Source of the DNA: Myxococcota bacterium
GTDB taxonomy: Bacteria > Myxococcota_A > UBA9160 > UBA4427
Length of the DNA stretch: 20,958 nucleotides
Assembly: GCA_036336835.1 (NCBI GenBank)
Contig: JAYZFK010000004.1
Coordinates: 1 to 20,958, forward strand
Direction of reading: 5' to 3'
Part shown: in pieces, positions 8,456-17,714 of the stretch
How the letters are laid out: every line of letters starts with the position of its first letter
Numbering within the stretch: the first letter of the stretch is position 1
Made by a program: the position numbers and the translations under genes
Notes under the pieces: generated by a model
What the model was told of the DNA's origin: nothing
Seen by the model: the letters and a program-made list of their open reading frames with translations, nothing else
The model's database searches: none

Positions 8456-8770
8456 ATGCAGGACCACTGGATCGCCATCGGACTCGTTGCAGTCGTCTCC
8501 TTCGGCGCTGGCGCCGAGCTCTCTGCCCGGTCGCAAACCTGGTCGAAGAGGTTGCGCTCGCAGCCGCGCACCGGGAGCCTGTTGCTGCTCGCCGGGAGCG
8601 CGTTCATGGTGTTGACTCTGCTGTTGCAGCTGCGCCAGGGCGACCCACACGACGCGTGGGTGCAGGTATTCGCCAGCGTCGCAGTGGCGTTGGCCTCGTT
8701 AGGCGGAGGCGTGTTGGCGCGTGGCGCGTGGCGCGCGAAGCACCCAGGGAAAGCAGACGCGCACCAATAG
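8456..8770 (+). CDS. Small hypothetical membrane protein (~3 TM helices), 104 aa
   Basis: Three hydrophobic segments. An extended -10 (TGcTATCCT) lies 7 nt before the ATG. The ORF fills the gap between the divergent RHS gene and the convergent SnoaL gene. Confidence 0.6.
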   Translation: MQDHWIAIGLVAVVSFGAGAELSARSQTWSKRLRSQPRTGSLLLLAGSAFMVLTLLLQLRQGDPHDAWVQVFASVAVALASLGGGVLARGAWRAKHPGKADAHQ

Positions 8771-8827
8771 CGCGCGCCGCTCTACCGCTGCGGGCGCCGC
8801 GCCGATACTTCGCGCGGCGCGCCTGCT

Positions 8828-9262
8828 TCAGCCCTGCGCCCAGCCGTCCGGCACCCTGGCGTCCGCCGTGACCTTGCGATGCCAGAAGAGCCAACGGCCA
8901 TCGAGCTGACGATAGTCGTCGATGTAGCGACCCCAGTGATCCGCGCCGCGATCGGTGAAGACGACGTAGTAGCAGCGGCCCCGAGCCTCGCTCGGACTCA
9001 GCACGTCGATCTGGTGGGTGGCCGTGAAGTGGCGGATGAACCGGGCCCCCGAGCCCGGACGATCTCCGGTCCGGCCCGCCACGCCCTCGAACAGAGCGCG
9101 GATCGCGGCGCGGCCGCGATGGACGCCGTCGGCGAGCTCCAGGGTCGCGTCTTCGGCAAACAGCTCGAGCATCGGGTCGAACCGACCCGAATCACCGTTG
9201 GCGTTGTAGCGCGCCACCAGGTCGCGGATGCTCTCGCGCGCTGCCAGCTCCCATTGCTCCAC
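8828..9262 (-). CDS. NTF2/SnoaL-like (SnoaL_4) family protein, 144 aa
   Basis: 'ARESIRDLVARY...D...LFAEDA...GRAAIR...RHF...GRYIDDY...GRWLF.HR' pattern. SD AGGAGGG. Confidence 0.88.
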   Translation of the reverse strand: MEQWELAARESIRDLVARYNANGDSGRFDPMLELFAEDATLELADGVHRGRAAIRALFEGVAGRTGDRPGSGARFIRHFTATHQIDVLSPSEARGRCYYVVFTDRGADHWGRYIDDYRQLDGRWLFWHRKVTADARVPDGWAQG

Positions 9263-9324
9263 CGAGCACCCTCCTGCTGCGTAGTCCCCGGTATATCACG
9301 GCGGACCGCGCTGGTGTGCGTCCG

Positions 9325-11679
9325 CTACCAGAGTCGGAACAGCGCCACCCGTCCGCGGCGGCCCGCGAGCCGTGCATCCGGGAACAGCTGGCTCAGCGGA
9401 CGACCGCAGAAGCGGCGAGTGCCGAACGCCCTGCGCGCCGCGGCCTCGTCCGGCGCGAGCAGCGCGACCCAGCGCGCGCGGTGTGCGGCCAACAGCTGCG
9501 TCGGCTCGCCCGGGCGAATGCGGCGACACGTCGCCTCGAACTCGGCGGCGGCCACCCGTGCACCCGACGACAGGTGGTACAGGAACAACGCCGGCCGCGC
9601 GGCCTGCACGTAGAGTGGTGACGAGAAATCGATCGGCACCAGCCAGCGCTCGCGGTTCGAGACGGCGATGTGGCTCGAGACCAGATAGTGCTCGCCGCGC
9701 GGCACGTGCTCCGCTTCGAGTGCACGCAGATCCGCGACCTCGCGCGCGCCGGGCCCGCTGCGCCAACGTTCGAGCTTGGCGCGGCGCTCGCCGAGCTCGC
9801 TCTGGGCCGAGGCGACGACGAGCACGAGCACCGCGCCGCAGCCCGCGAGGACGCGGCCCGAGCGCACGCGAAACACCAGCCCCGCGGCCAGCAGCGGCCA
9901 GAACGACTGAGCGAACACCACGGCGGCAGCGCGACTGGCGTAGCTGGGCAGCAGCCGCAGGGCCGCGTCGTCCGGATCGACCCAGGTGCGCAGCGCTTCG
10001 CGCACGGCCGACTCGAGCGACGCGGCAACCAGCAGGCCGGCCAGCGCGAGCGCCCAGGCCGAGCGCCACGCGCCCGACCGCCAGAGCACCAGTGCGAGCA
10101 GCAACGGCAGGGGCAGCGTCGCCAGACGCGCCAGCCCGTGGAGCGGCGCGAGCCCGCTGCCGGTGAGATCCGGAAACAACCGCGGCCCGCGCAGCAGCGG
10201 CTCACTGAAACGATCGTACGCGGGCGCGACGAGAGCGCGAACCGGCCCCTCGACGAGGACGCGAGCCGGCGTCGCCAGCGCGGCGAGCACGGCGGGACGC
10301 AGCACGGCACTCGCGATGCAGCCCGGCTCCCAGCACGTCTCGCCCGCCAGGCCCGCGTCGAACTCGGCCTCGACGTGAGCGAGAGACGGGTCGACCTCGC
10401 CGATCCCGAGCACGCGCCGCGCGGTCACTCCATCGGCGGCGAGCAGGGCGAGCGCCAGCACGGCGCCGGCCAGCGCGCCTAGCAAGATGCCCGGCGCGCC
10501 GCCCGATCCCGGAGATCGCGACGCCCGCAGGGCGGCTGCCGCCAGGACGACGGCCCACAGGACGACCTGGAGCGGCAGATGCGAGGGGTTGAGCAAGGCG
10601 ACGAGAGCCGTCGTCACAGCCGCCGCGAACACCAGCAGCCCGCCGACCGCGCCGCGGGCCGCGCCGCCGGGCGCTCGCAGTGCAACGGCACCGCGAGCCA
10701 CCGCCAGCCCCGCGATCACGGGCACCGCGTGCAGTGCGCCGGAGCCCAGCCGTCCCGTCCCCTCGTAGACGTTCCAGGCCGAGAACTGCGCCGAATCGAA
10801 GGCCGAGGCCGCCGCGAGCACGACGAGCGCGAACAGCACGGCATCGCTCGGCCGCGGCTCGCGCGGCCCGACGAGGTCGCGCGCCGCGACGACGATCAGG
10901 TAGACGAACAGCACGGACACGAAGGGCGGCAGCAGCGCAATCAGTGCGGGCGCCGCGAGCCCCGAGAGCGCACCCAGGGAATGGGCGAGCGCGGCGAAGC
11001 CCATCGGGTAGGTGATGGGCACGTCCGTCTGCCAGTAGAAGTCGGGCACGAAGCCGTGGCTCTGCAACTGGGTCAGCCAGGCGATGTGCTGCTCTGGATC
11101 GGAGCTGTACGGCCGGCGCACGCCGAGATGGCCCCCCGCGAGCCAGGCAAAGCCGGCCAGGAAGCCGCCCAGGCGCGCGAAGTCGCGGCCCGTGGGCGCC
11201 GCGGCGCGCCGCAGCGAGCGGGGCAGTGACAGCACCGCCGCGAGCGCGACCCAGCCCGCCGGCACCAGCCAGCCCACCGGCTCGACACTTGCGACGCCGC
11301 GCTTCCAGATCAGCGAGAACAGCAGCAGCGTCACCAGCGCGAACAGCCAGCCCACCAGCCCGTCCCACGCCGGCTCGCGCCAGACGGCAAAGCGGCTGGC
11401 GCCAAACGCGCGCTCCCAGGCCAGTCGCAGGCCGCGCCCCAGCCAGGCGAGCGCAGCAAACGACAGCGCGAGCCGCGCCGCCGTCTCGGCGGCCGCGGGA
11501 TCACTGCGCGCGTAGGCAGCCAGCGCCGGCGCCGCGACCACAAAGCCCAGCCCGAGCGGGATCCGCAGCCACGGGCGCGCAGCGAGCCCGCGCGAAGCGG
11601 CGAGCGCCCGAGAGCGAAGCCCCGCGCGCACAGTGGCCAATCGATCGCGAAACAGCCGTCTGGTGGGCCCACTCGCCAC
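9325..11679 (-). CDS. Large polytopic membrane protein, GT-C glycosyltransferase-like / DUF6541-like (~784 aa; start uncertain)
   Basis: More than 12 hydrophobic segments. The loop 'SSDPEQH...YPMGF' resembles GT-C-type first periplasmic loops; soluble C-terminal domain. GTG 11679 is preceded by GAGGA. Confidence 0.6.
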   Translation of the reverse strand: MASGPTRRLFRDRLATVRAGLRSRALAASRGLAARPWLRIPLGLGFVVAAPALAAYARSDPAAAETAARLALSFAALAWLGRGLRLAWERAFGASRFAVWREPAWDGLVGWLFALVTLLLFSLIWKRGVASVEPVGWLVPAGWVALAAVLSLPRSLRRAAAPTGRDFARLGGFLAGFAWLAGGHLGVRRPYSSDPEQHIAWLTQLQSHGFVPDFYWQTDVPITYPMGFAALAHSLGALSGLAAPALIALLPPFVSVLFVYLIVVAARDLVGPREPRPSDAVLFALVVLAAASAFDSAQFSAWNVYEGTGRLGSGALHAVPVIAGLAVARGAVALRAPGGAARGAVGGLLVFAAAVTTALVALLNPSHLPLQVVLWAVVLAAAALRASRSPGSGGAPGILLGALAGAVLALALLAADGVTARRVLGIGEVDPSLAHVEAEFDAGLAGETCWEPGCIASAVLRPAVLAALATPARVLVEGPVRALVAPAYDRFSEPLLRGPRLFPDLTGSGLAPLHGLARLATLPLPLLLALVLWRSGAWRSAWALALAGLLVAASLESAVREALRTWVDPDDAALRLLPSYASRAAAVVFAQSFWPLLAAGLVFRVRSGRVLAGCGAVLVLVVASAQSELGERRAKLERWRSGPGAREVADLRALEAEHVPRGEHYLVSSHIAVSNRERWLVPIDFSSPLYVQAARPALFLYHLSSGARVAAAEFEATCRRIRPGEPTQLLAAHRARWVALLAPDEAAARRAFGTRRFCGRPLSQLFPDARLAGRRGRVALFRLW

Positions 11680-11837
11680 GAGATCCTCGCCCTGGCTCGC
11701 CCACACGCTGACACCGGCATCACGCTCGAAGCCCGAGTGCGGCGGCTCGCCGCGCGGATGATAACCGCGTCGATCGCTCCCCCCGCGCCTCACTGCCGCG
11801 GTAGGCTTGGGAGCAGACCAGCACCGAGGCGGAGAAC

Positions 11838-12767
11838 GTGACAGTCGCGCGCGACGCGCACAGCCCGAGCACGCGACGCATCGTCGACTGGCTCGCCTTC
11901 CCACTGGTGTTCGGCGCTGCGGTCGGCTCCCACGCGCTCGCCATGGCGTGGGGCTGGGACCCGGTTGCGTCGGTCGCCGGCGCCACCTTGGGCTCCATGG
12001 CCACGGTGGGGATCCTCGAGCGCTACTTCCCCCACCACGAGTCGTGGCTGCGCTCTCACGACGACGTGCGCACGGACATTGCCCATGCGCTCACGATCGC
12101 GAGCCTCAGCAACGCAATCCTGCCCGCGCTGGCGGTGCTCGGCGTCGCGATCGCGAGCTGGCTCGACGGACGCTTGGGGCTCGGGCTGTGGCCGACCAGC
12201 TGGCCCTGGCTGGCACAGCTGCCGCTGGCTCTCGTCATCGCCGAGCTGCCCAAGTACTGGCACCACCGGCTGCAGCACGAGACGGAGCTTCTGTGGCGCT
12301 ACCACGCGCTCCACCACAGCGCACCGCGGCTCTACTTCCTGAACGCCGCCCGGTTCCACCCGATCGATATTGCGATCGACACCGGCCTCGGGATCGTCAC
12401 GATCGTCGCGCTCGGCTGCCCGCTCGAGGTGGTCGCCCTGTTCGGAACCGCCTCCGCGGTCCACGGCTATTTCCAGCACGCGAACCTGCGCATCCGCATC
12501 GGCTGGCTCAACTACGTCTTCTCGATGGCCGAGCTCCACCGTTGGCACCACTCGAAGCGGGTCGCCGAGGCGAACCACAACTACGGGCAGAACCTGATCG
12601 TCTGGGACCTCGTGTTCGGCACCTTCTTCTGGCCCGACGACCGCGAGCCGCCCGAGTCGATCGGCATCCCCGGTCTGCCGGCCTTTCCGATGAGCTACTT
12701 CCGCCAGCTCGCGTCGCCCTTCACCTGGCGGCGGATCCGCGAGGCTTCCCGGGACGCCGCGGTTTGA
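11838..12767 (+). CDS. Sterol desaturase / fatty acid hydroxylase superfamily protein, 309 aa
   Basis: Di-iron His boxes HHRLQH, HALHHS, FQHAN and HRWHHS; 'NYG..L.VWD..FGT'. SD GGAGA; -10 TAGGCT at 11802. Confidence 0.92.
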   Translation: MTVARDAHSPSTRRIVDWLAFPLVFGAAVGSHALAMAWGWDPVASVAGATLGSMATVGILERYFPHHESWLRSHDDVRTDIAHALTIASLSNAILPALAVLGVAIASWLDGRLGLGLWPTSWPWLAQLPLALVIAELPKYWHHRLQHETELLWRYHALHHSAPRLYFLNAARFHPIDIAIDTGLGIVTIVALGCPLEVVALFGTASAVHGYFQHANLRIRIGWLNYVFSMAELHRWHHSKRVAEANHNYGQNLIVWDLVFGTFFWPDDREPPESIGIPGLPAFPMSYFRQLASPFTWRRIREASRDAAV

Positions 12768-12809
12768 CCCTGCTCGGCCGCGCGCGGTACCTTGGCCAAT
12801 CCTGCGTCA

Positions 12810-12923
12810 AGAGGGGATCGCAGGGTCCCGCTCGAGCTCGATGCCTCGTCAACTCGGTCAGACCCGGAAGGGAGCAGCCGTAGCGGGAAATCGGTTGCAA
12901 GCGGGGGTGCCCTGCGGTCTTCT
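12810..12923 (+). ncRNA. ffs: Signal recognition particle RNA (small bacterial SRP, 4.5S)
   Basis: Conserved domain IV 'GGTCAGACCCGGAAGGGAGCAGCC' with GGAA tetraloop. Closing stem GGGGATCGCAGGG / CCCTGCGGTCTTC. Usual position upstream of dnaX; -10-like TACCTT at 12788. Confidence 0.92.
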
Positions 12924-12963
12924 GTTGGCGCAGGCCAAATCGGAGCCAAGAGGGCGTCCCCAC

Positions 12964-14715
12964 GTGAGCTACCAGGTCATTGCCCGCAAGTGGCGTCCCA
13001 AGGTGTTCGACGAGGTCGTCGGGCAGCGCCACGTCACGACCGCTCTGCGCAATGCGATCCGCAGCGATCGCGTCCCGCACGCCCTGCTGCTGACCGGGCC
13101 GCGCGGCGTGGGCAAGACCACGCTCGCGCGCATCCTGGGTTGCTGTCTGAACTGCGAGAAGGGCCCGACCGATACGCCCTGCGGCAGCTGCGACTGCTGC
13201 GAGGAGATCGCCGCCGGCCGCTCGACCGACGTGCAGGAGATCGACGCGGCAAGCCGTACCGGCGTCGACGACATCCGCGAGGTGATCGAGTCGATCCAGT
13301 ACGCGGCCTCCCCCGGCAAGCATCGGATCTTCATCGTCGACGAAATCCACATGCTGTCGAAGCAGGCCTTCAACGCGCTGCTCAAGACGCTCGAAGAGCC
13401 TCCGGCGAACAGCCTGTTCATCTTCGCGACCACCGACCCGGAGAAGATTCCGTTCACCGTGCTCTCGCGCTGCCAGCGCTACGACCTGCGCCGCATCGAG
13501 GTGGCGGACGTCGCGGCGCAGCTCGGCCAGATCGTCGAGGCGGAGGACGTCCGCATCTCGCCGGCGAGCCTGCTGGCGATCGCGCGCGAGGGCGACGGCT
13601 CGATGCGCGACGCGCAGACCCTGCTCGATCAGCTGATCGCCTACGGCGGCACCGAGATCTCGGACGAGACGGTGGCCGAGGTCCTCGACCTGATCGATCG
13701 CCGCGTCCTGCTCGCGATTGGCGACGCCTGCATCGATCGCGACGCGGCGGCTGCGCTCGACGCCTGCGCCAGCGCCATCGAGAAGGGAAGCGAGCCCAAG
13801 CGGCTAGCGGCCGCGCTGGTGCAGCTGCTGCGCGATCTGGTCGTGCTCGCCGTCGCCCCTGAGAGCCCGGGCCTCGTCGAGGGCACCGACGCCGAGCGCG
13901 ACGAGCTGCGCGCACTGGTCGCGCGCAGCGACGCGACGCGTCTGCGCCGGATGTTCCGCGCACTGGTGAAGGAGCAGGAGGACCTCAGCTGGGCGCCCCA
14001 GCCCTACGCCGTGCTCGAGATGGCGATCGTGCGACTCGCGACGATGCCCGACGGCGACGACGTCGAGCGATTGCTCGGGCGCATCGATGCGCTCGAACGG
14101 CGCCTGTCCGGCGGAGGAGCTGGTGGTGGTGGCGGCGCGCCACCCCCGCCCGCTGGGCGCGGAGGGGGCGGGGCATCCGGCGGCGAGGGCGGCGGACGCT
14201 CGGCGGCTCCCGCGGCCGAGCCGGCGCCGGTGTCGCTGGCCGCGCCGGACCCGGTCGACCGTGGCACGCCGACGACGAGCGCAGCGCCCACGGACGACGA
14301 CGCTCCGCTCGAAGTCGTATACGATCGCCTCAAGCTGTTCGCCCAGCAGCACAACCGCGGCGCCTTCGCCTGCCTCGAGGGCGGACGGCTGGCCGAGCGG
14401 GAGGCCGGCCGCATTCGGCTCGAGATGCGCAACGCCTTCCACGCGGCCCGGCTGCGCGAGCGCCTCGCCGAGCTCGAGTCCCTGTGCGAGCGCTTCTTCG
14501 GCAGGCCGACCCGCGTCGAGCTAGTCGATCCGACGGCGTCCGATGAGACCTCGGCGGCGCAGCCGAACGCCGACGGCAGCAGCGCAGAGGGACCGCGCGA
14601 TGAAGCGCGCCGGCTGCGGCAGGCCGCCCTCCAGCACCCGGCCGTGAACACCGCGCTCGAGGTCCTCGAGGCACAGATCGTCGACATCAGCCCGCTCGGC
14701 GGATCGCGCCCCTGA
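12964..14715 (+). CDS. dnaX: DNA polymerase III subunit gamma/tau
   Basis: 'SYQVIARKWRP', Walker A GPRGVGKTT, Zn cluster C..NC...PCGSCDCC, DAAS, DEIH, 'FNALLKTLEEPP', SRC and 'GSMRDA'. True start is GTG 12964. Confidence 0.97.
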   Translation: MSYQVIARKWRPKVFDEVVGQRHVTTALRNAIRSDRVPHALLLTGPRGVGKTTLARILGCCLNCEKGPTDTPCGSCDCCEEIAAGRSTDVQEIDAASRTGVDDIREVIESIQYAASPGKHRIFIVDEIHMLSKQAFNALLKTLEEPPANSLFIFATTDPEKIPFTVLSRCQRYDLRRIEVADVAAQLGQIVEAEDVRISPASLLAIAREGDGSMRDAQTLLDQLIAYGGTEISDETVAEVLDLIDRRVLLAIGDACIDRDAAAALDACASAIEKGSEPKRLAAALVQLLRDLVVLAVAPESPGLVEGTDAERDELRALVARSDATRLRRMFRALVKEQEDLSWAPQPYAVLEMAIVRLATMPDGDDVERLLGRIDALERRLSGGGAGGGGGAPPPPAGRGGGGASGGEGGGRSAAPAAEPAPVSLAAPDPVDRGTPTTSAAPTDDDAPLEVVYDRLKLFAQQHNRGAFACLEGGRLAEREAGRIRLEMRNAFHAARLRERLAELESLCERFFGRPTRVELVDPTASDETSAAQPNADGSSAEGPRDEARRLRQAALQHPAVNTALEVLEAQIVDISPLGGSRP

Positions 14716-14754
14716 AAGCATCCGGCGCCGCCGGACTCGCTTGGAGGATTTCAG

Positions 14755-15138
14755 GTGACCGACGAGACGACCCACAAGCTGCGCACGTCCCTGACCTGGG
14801 GGCTGTGTGGACTGGTCAGCATCGGCTTCGCCGTGGCGGGCGGCAACAAGCTCGCCTACCCCGCCGTGGCGGGCGAGGGCTTCGTCCGCTTCGGCCTGCC
14901 CGCCGCGCTGGCCCCGCTGATCGGCGCCTGCGAAGTCGCGGGCGCAATCGGTCTGCTGATCCCGCGGCTCAGCACCTGGGCGGCCAGCGGGCTCGCCCTG
15001 ATCATGCTGGGCGCGTCCTACCACCATCTGTCGAACGACCCGGCCTCGGCAGCCGTGCCCGCACTCGTGCTCGGCGCGCTCTGCGCAACGATCGCCGTGC
15101 TCCGCCGACCGCAGGCGATGTTTCTCTCCCCGAAGTAG
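14755..15138 (+). CDS. DoxX family membrane protein, 127 aa
   Basis: 'AGGNKL...F.RFGLP...IGACEVAGAIGLLIPRL..WAA.GL..IMLGA..H' pattern. SD GGAGG. Confidence 0.85.
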   Translation: MTDETTHKLRTSLTWGLCGLVSIGFAVAGGNKLAYPAVAGEGFVRFGLPAALAPLIGACEVAGAIGLLIPRLSTWAASGLALIMLGASYHHLSNDPASAAVPALVLGALCATIAVLRRPQAMFLSPK

Positions 15139-15384
15139 CGGAGCGCCGCGTTCGAGACGACCGCTTCCGGGGGCCGGAGACCAGGCTCCTAGCCCTGGCG
15201 GGGAGCCGAATCCAGGACGCTCCGGCGTGGAGCTGGCGCTTGATGCGGCCGAGCGGCCTGCCGGACGAGCGGCCTGTCGGCCTGTCGGGCGATCGGGGAG
15301 ACATGCTCGATGCGCGCTCGAGCACCGGCGCCTCGGGCACCTCCCCGGGGCCGCGGCGAGGCGGCACCGGCAGGATAACCCGGC

Positions 15385-16827
15385 TCAGTGCACCACCGGG
15401 GCCCGCTGGCGCGCGAGCTCGGCGGCGCTCCACCAGCGCCCGCGGCTCACTACGCCCTCGATCGCGCGGCTGTTGCGAATGTCGTCGAGCGGGTTGGCAG
15501 CGAGCAGCACGAGATCGGCGCGGCGGCCCGGCTCGATCGCGCCCAGCTCGTCGTCGAGCCCGAGGAAGCGCGCGGGGACGAGGGTTGCCGCTTCGAGCGC
15601 CTGCAGCGGGCTCAGTCCACTGCGCACCAGCAGCTCCAGCTCGCTGTGCAGACTGTACCCGGGGATCGCGAGCGTGATCGGCGTGTCCGTGCCCGCCCCA
15701 ATCGGGACGCCGCTCGCGTGCAGCATGCCGACCAGGCCCATGCTCCAGCGTGCAAAGGTGGGGTCAGCGTGCGGCGCAGCGCGGCGGCGCGCCGCGTCCT
15801 CGGCCCAGCGGTCGCGCAGCACACCCGCGGGCAGGCGCGCGAGCGCCTCGGGCCAGTCGCTCCGCTCGAACGGACGCCAGATCGGGAACGCATTGAGCCG
15901 CAGCGTCGGCACCTGGACGGTGGTCGCGAGCGCCGCGATCACGCGTCCACACGTTGCGGCGTCGTAGGCGGCAATTGCCGGAAGGCGCTGCGCCCGGTGG
16001 ATGCGCTTGCGCAGCGGGTAGCCTCGCTCACCCCGGTAGCTGGCGAGCATCTCCCGGCGCTCGGCGAGCAGCTCGTCGGCGTTGCCGGCACAGGCGATGT
16101 CGAGGTTGCGCAGGTGCTCGAGCGAATCGAGCCAGGGCGCGGCCCCGCGGGCCCCGAGCGCCAGCGGAACGTGCGCCGCGACCGGCAGCGCGTGCTGCTT
16201 CGCAGCCGCCACCAGGGCGTCGAATACCGCAGGGTCCACCATCTCGTAGATCTTGATGAAGTCCGCCCCGGCGGCCTTCAGCTGCGCGACGCGCTCGGCT
16301 GCAACCTCGGGCGACGCCACCCGCGTGCCGATTGGCGGCCGCCCCGGGTCGCCTCCGTCGTAGACCACGAAGCGGCCGTCGAGCAGCGGCCCGCTGAAGT
16401 AGAGCCGCGGCGCGGGGGCATCGCTGGCCTCGTAGGCTTCGCGCAACGCGACGAGCTGGTCGAGCGGTCCGCCGGTATCGCGCACGCTGGTGACGCCGTG
16501 GGCGAGGAACAGACCGGGCATTGCCCCGGTGAGCTCGGGCGTGAAGGTCAGATGCACGTGCATGTCCCACAGTCCGGGGATCAGGTAGCGGCCGGCTCCC
16601 GCGATGCGCCGTGCCCCGGCGGGCGCCGACCCACGAGCCTCGCCGATGGAAACGATCGCGTCGCCAGCGATCACCACGCGCTGGTGCTCGCGCAGCCCGT
16701 GCAGGGCGTCGATCACGCTGACGTCTTCGATCGAGAGGACACCCGACTGCGGCCGCGGAGCGCCGGCGCAGGCCCCCGCGATCCACAGCAGGCAGAGAGC
16801 GATCCCCCGGCACTGCACAGAACCCAT
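15385..16827 (-). CDS. Amidohydrolase family protein (Amidohydro_1), probable lipoprotein, 480 aa
   Basis: 'PGLWDMHVH' (HxH), 'GVTSVRDTG', 'GADFIK', 'AGTD' and 'G.IEPGRRADLVLL.ANPL'. Signal peptide with IAGA-C from ATG 16827. Confidence 0.9.
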   Translation of the reverse strand: MGSVQCRGIALCLLWIAGACAGAPRPQSGVLSIEDVSVIDALHGLREHQRVVIAGDAIVSIGEARGSAPAGARRIAGAGRYLIPGLWDMHVHLTFTPELTGAMPGLFLAHGVTSVRDTGGPLDQLVALREAYEASDAPAPRLYFSGPLLDGRFVVYDGGDPGRPPIGTRVASPEVAAERVAQLKAAGADFIKIYEMVDPAVFDALVAAAKQHALPVAAHVPLALGARGAAPWLDSLEHLRNLDIACAGNADELLAERREMLASYRGERGYPLRKRIHRAQRLPAIAAYDAATCGRVIAALATTVQVPTLRLNAFPIWRPFERSDWPEALARLPAGVLRDRWAEDAARRRAAPHADPTFARWSMGLVGMLHASGVPIGAGTDTPITLAIPGYSLHSELELLVRSGLSPLQALEAATLVPARFLGLDDELGAIEPGRRADLVLLAANPLDDIRNSRAIEGVVSRGRWWSAAELARQRAPVVH

Positions 16828-16974
16828 CGCGCCCCCCCGGTCCTTCCCGCGAGCATACGGGATCGGCACGGGCAGGTTGGGAAAGGGCCCGGGACCGACA
16901 CAGGCCCTCGGCTGTCGCTTCCGCGAGCGTGGGGCCAGCCGCAGCCAGCCCGAGGCTGGGATACCGTCTCCCGC

Positions 16975-17574
16975 GTGAAGACGTCCCCCGCGATCGACCG
17001 TCTGGTGGCGAGCTTGAAGCGCTTGCCCGGCATCGGCGAGAAGTCCGCCACGCGCCTGGCCTTCCATCTGCTCGGCGCCCCGGACTCACTGGCGAGCGAG
17101 CTCGGCGACGCGATCACGTGCCTGAAGCAGGACACCGTACTGTGTGAGCTGTGCTTCAACCTGACCGACGCCTCGCCGTGCGGCATCTGTCGAGACACCC
17201 GGCGAGACGGGGCCACGCTGTGTGTCGTCGAGGAGCCGGCCGACCTGGTGGCGATCGAGCGCAGCGGCGGCTTCCGCGGCCTCTACCACGTGCTCGGCGG
17301 CACCCTGTCCCCGATCGACGGCGTGGGCCCCGACGAGCTGCGGATCGGCGAGCTCGAGAAACGCGCGCGCGACGACGGGGTGCACGAGGTAATCCTTGCC
17401 ACCAATCCCAATGCCGAGGGCGACTCGACGGCGAGCTACATCGCCGATCGGCTGCGCGACAGCGGCGTCCGCCTGAGCCGGATCGCCTCGGGCATGCCAC
17501 TCGGCGGCGATCTCGAGTACGCGGACCACGTCACCGTGGGGCGCTCTCTCGAGCACCGCCGCCCGTTCGACTGA
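16975..17574 (+). CDS. recR: Recombination mediator RecR, 199 aa
   Basis: HhH 'LPGIGEKSATRLAF', C4 zinc finger CELC...CGIC, TOPRIM 'CVVEEPAD...YHVLGG...ATNPNAEGD' and 'GGDLEYAD'. Confidence 0.97.
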   Translation: MKTSPAIDRLVASLKRLPGIGEKSATRLAFHLLGAPDSLASELGDAITCLKQDTVLCELCFNLTDASPCGICRDTRRDGATLCVVEEPADLVAIERSGGFRGLYHVLGGTLSPIDGVGPDELRIGELEKRARDDGVHEVILATNPNAEGDSTASYIADRLRDSGVRLSRIASGMPLGGDLEYADHVTVGRSLEHRRPFD

Positions 17575-17714
17575 GCCGCGCCCCCCCGGACTCAGCGCTC
17601 AAGCCAATCCGCCGCGACGCCGATGCCACCGGAGAACCGAGTTGCCGTCTGGGAGCGCGCCGGGTAGATTCATCGAAACCCTGCCATTCCAATCGGTTAC
17701 AGGGATACTTGCTG

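Noticed and set aside
8772..8822. GCGCGCCGC...GCGGCGCGC inverted repeat between convergent genes
   Set aside because: It is GC-only with a long loop. It could be a terminator but cannot be distinguished from chance.
12841..12963. N-terminal extension of DnaX in the ORF track
   Set aside because: It overlaps the SRP RNA. The conserved DnaX start (SYQV.ARKWRP) is at 12964.
14105..14300. Gly/Pro/Ala low-complexity stretch in dnaX; possible gamma/tau frameshift site
   Set aside because: This is the ordinary variable linker. No A-AAA-AAG or poly-A slippery sequence is visible.
15388..16974. 728-aa ORF suggesting a large N-terminal fusion to RecR
   Set aside because: The upstream part is the antisense shadow of the amidohydrolase. 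RecR homology begins at GTG 16975.
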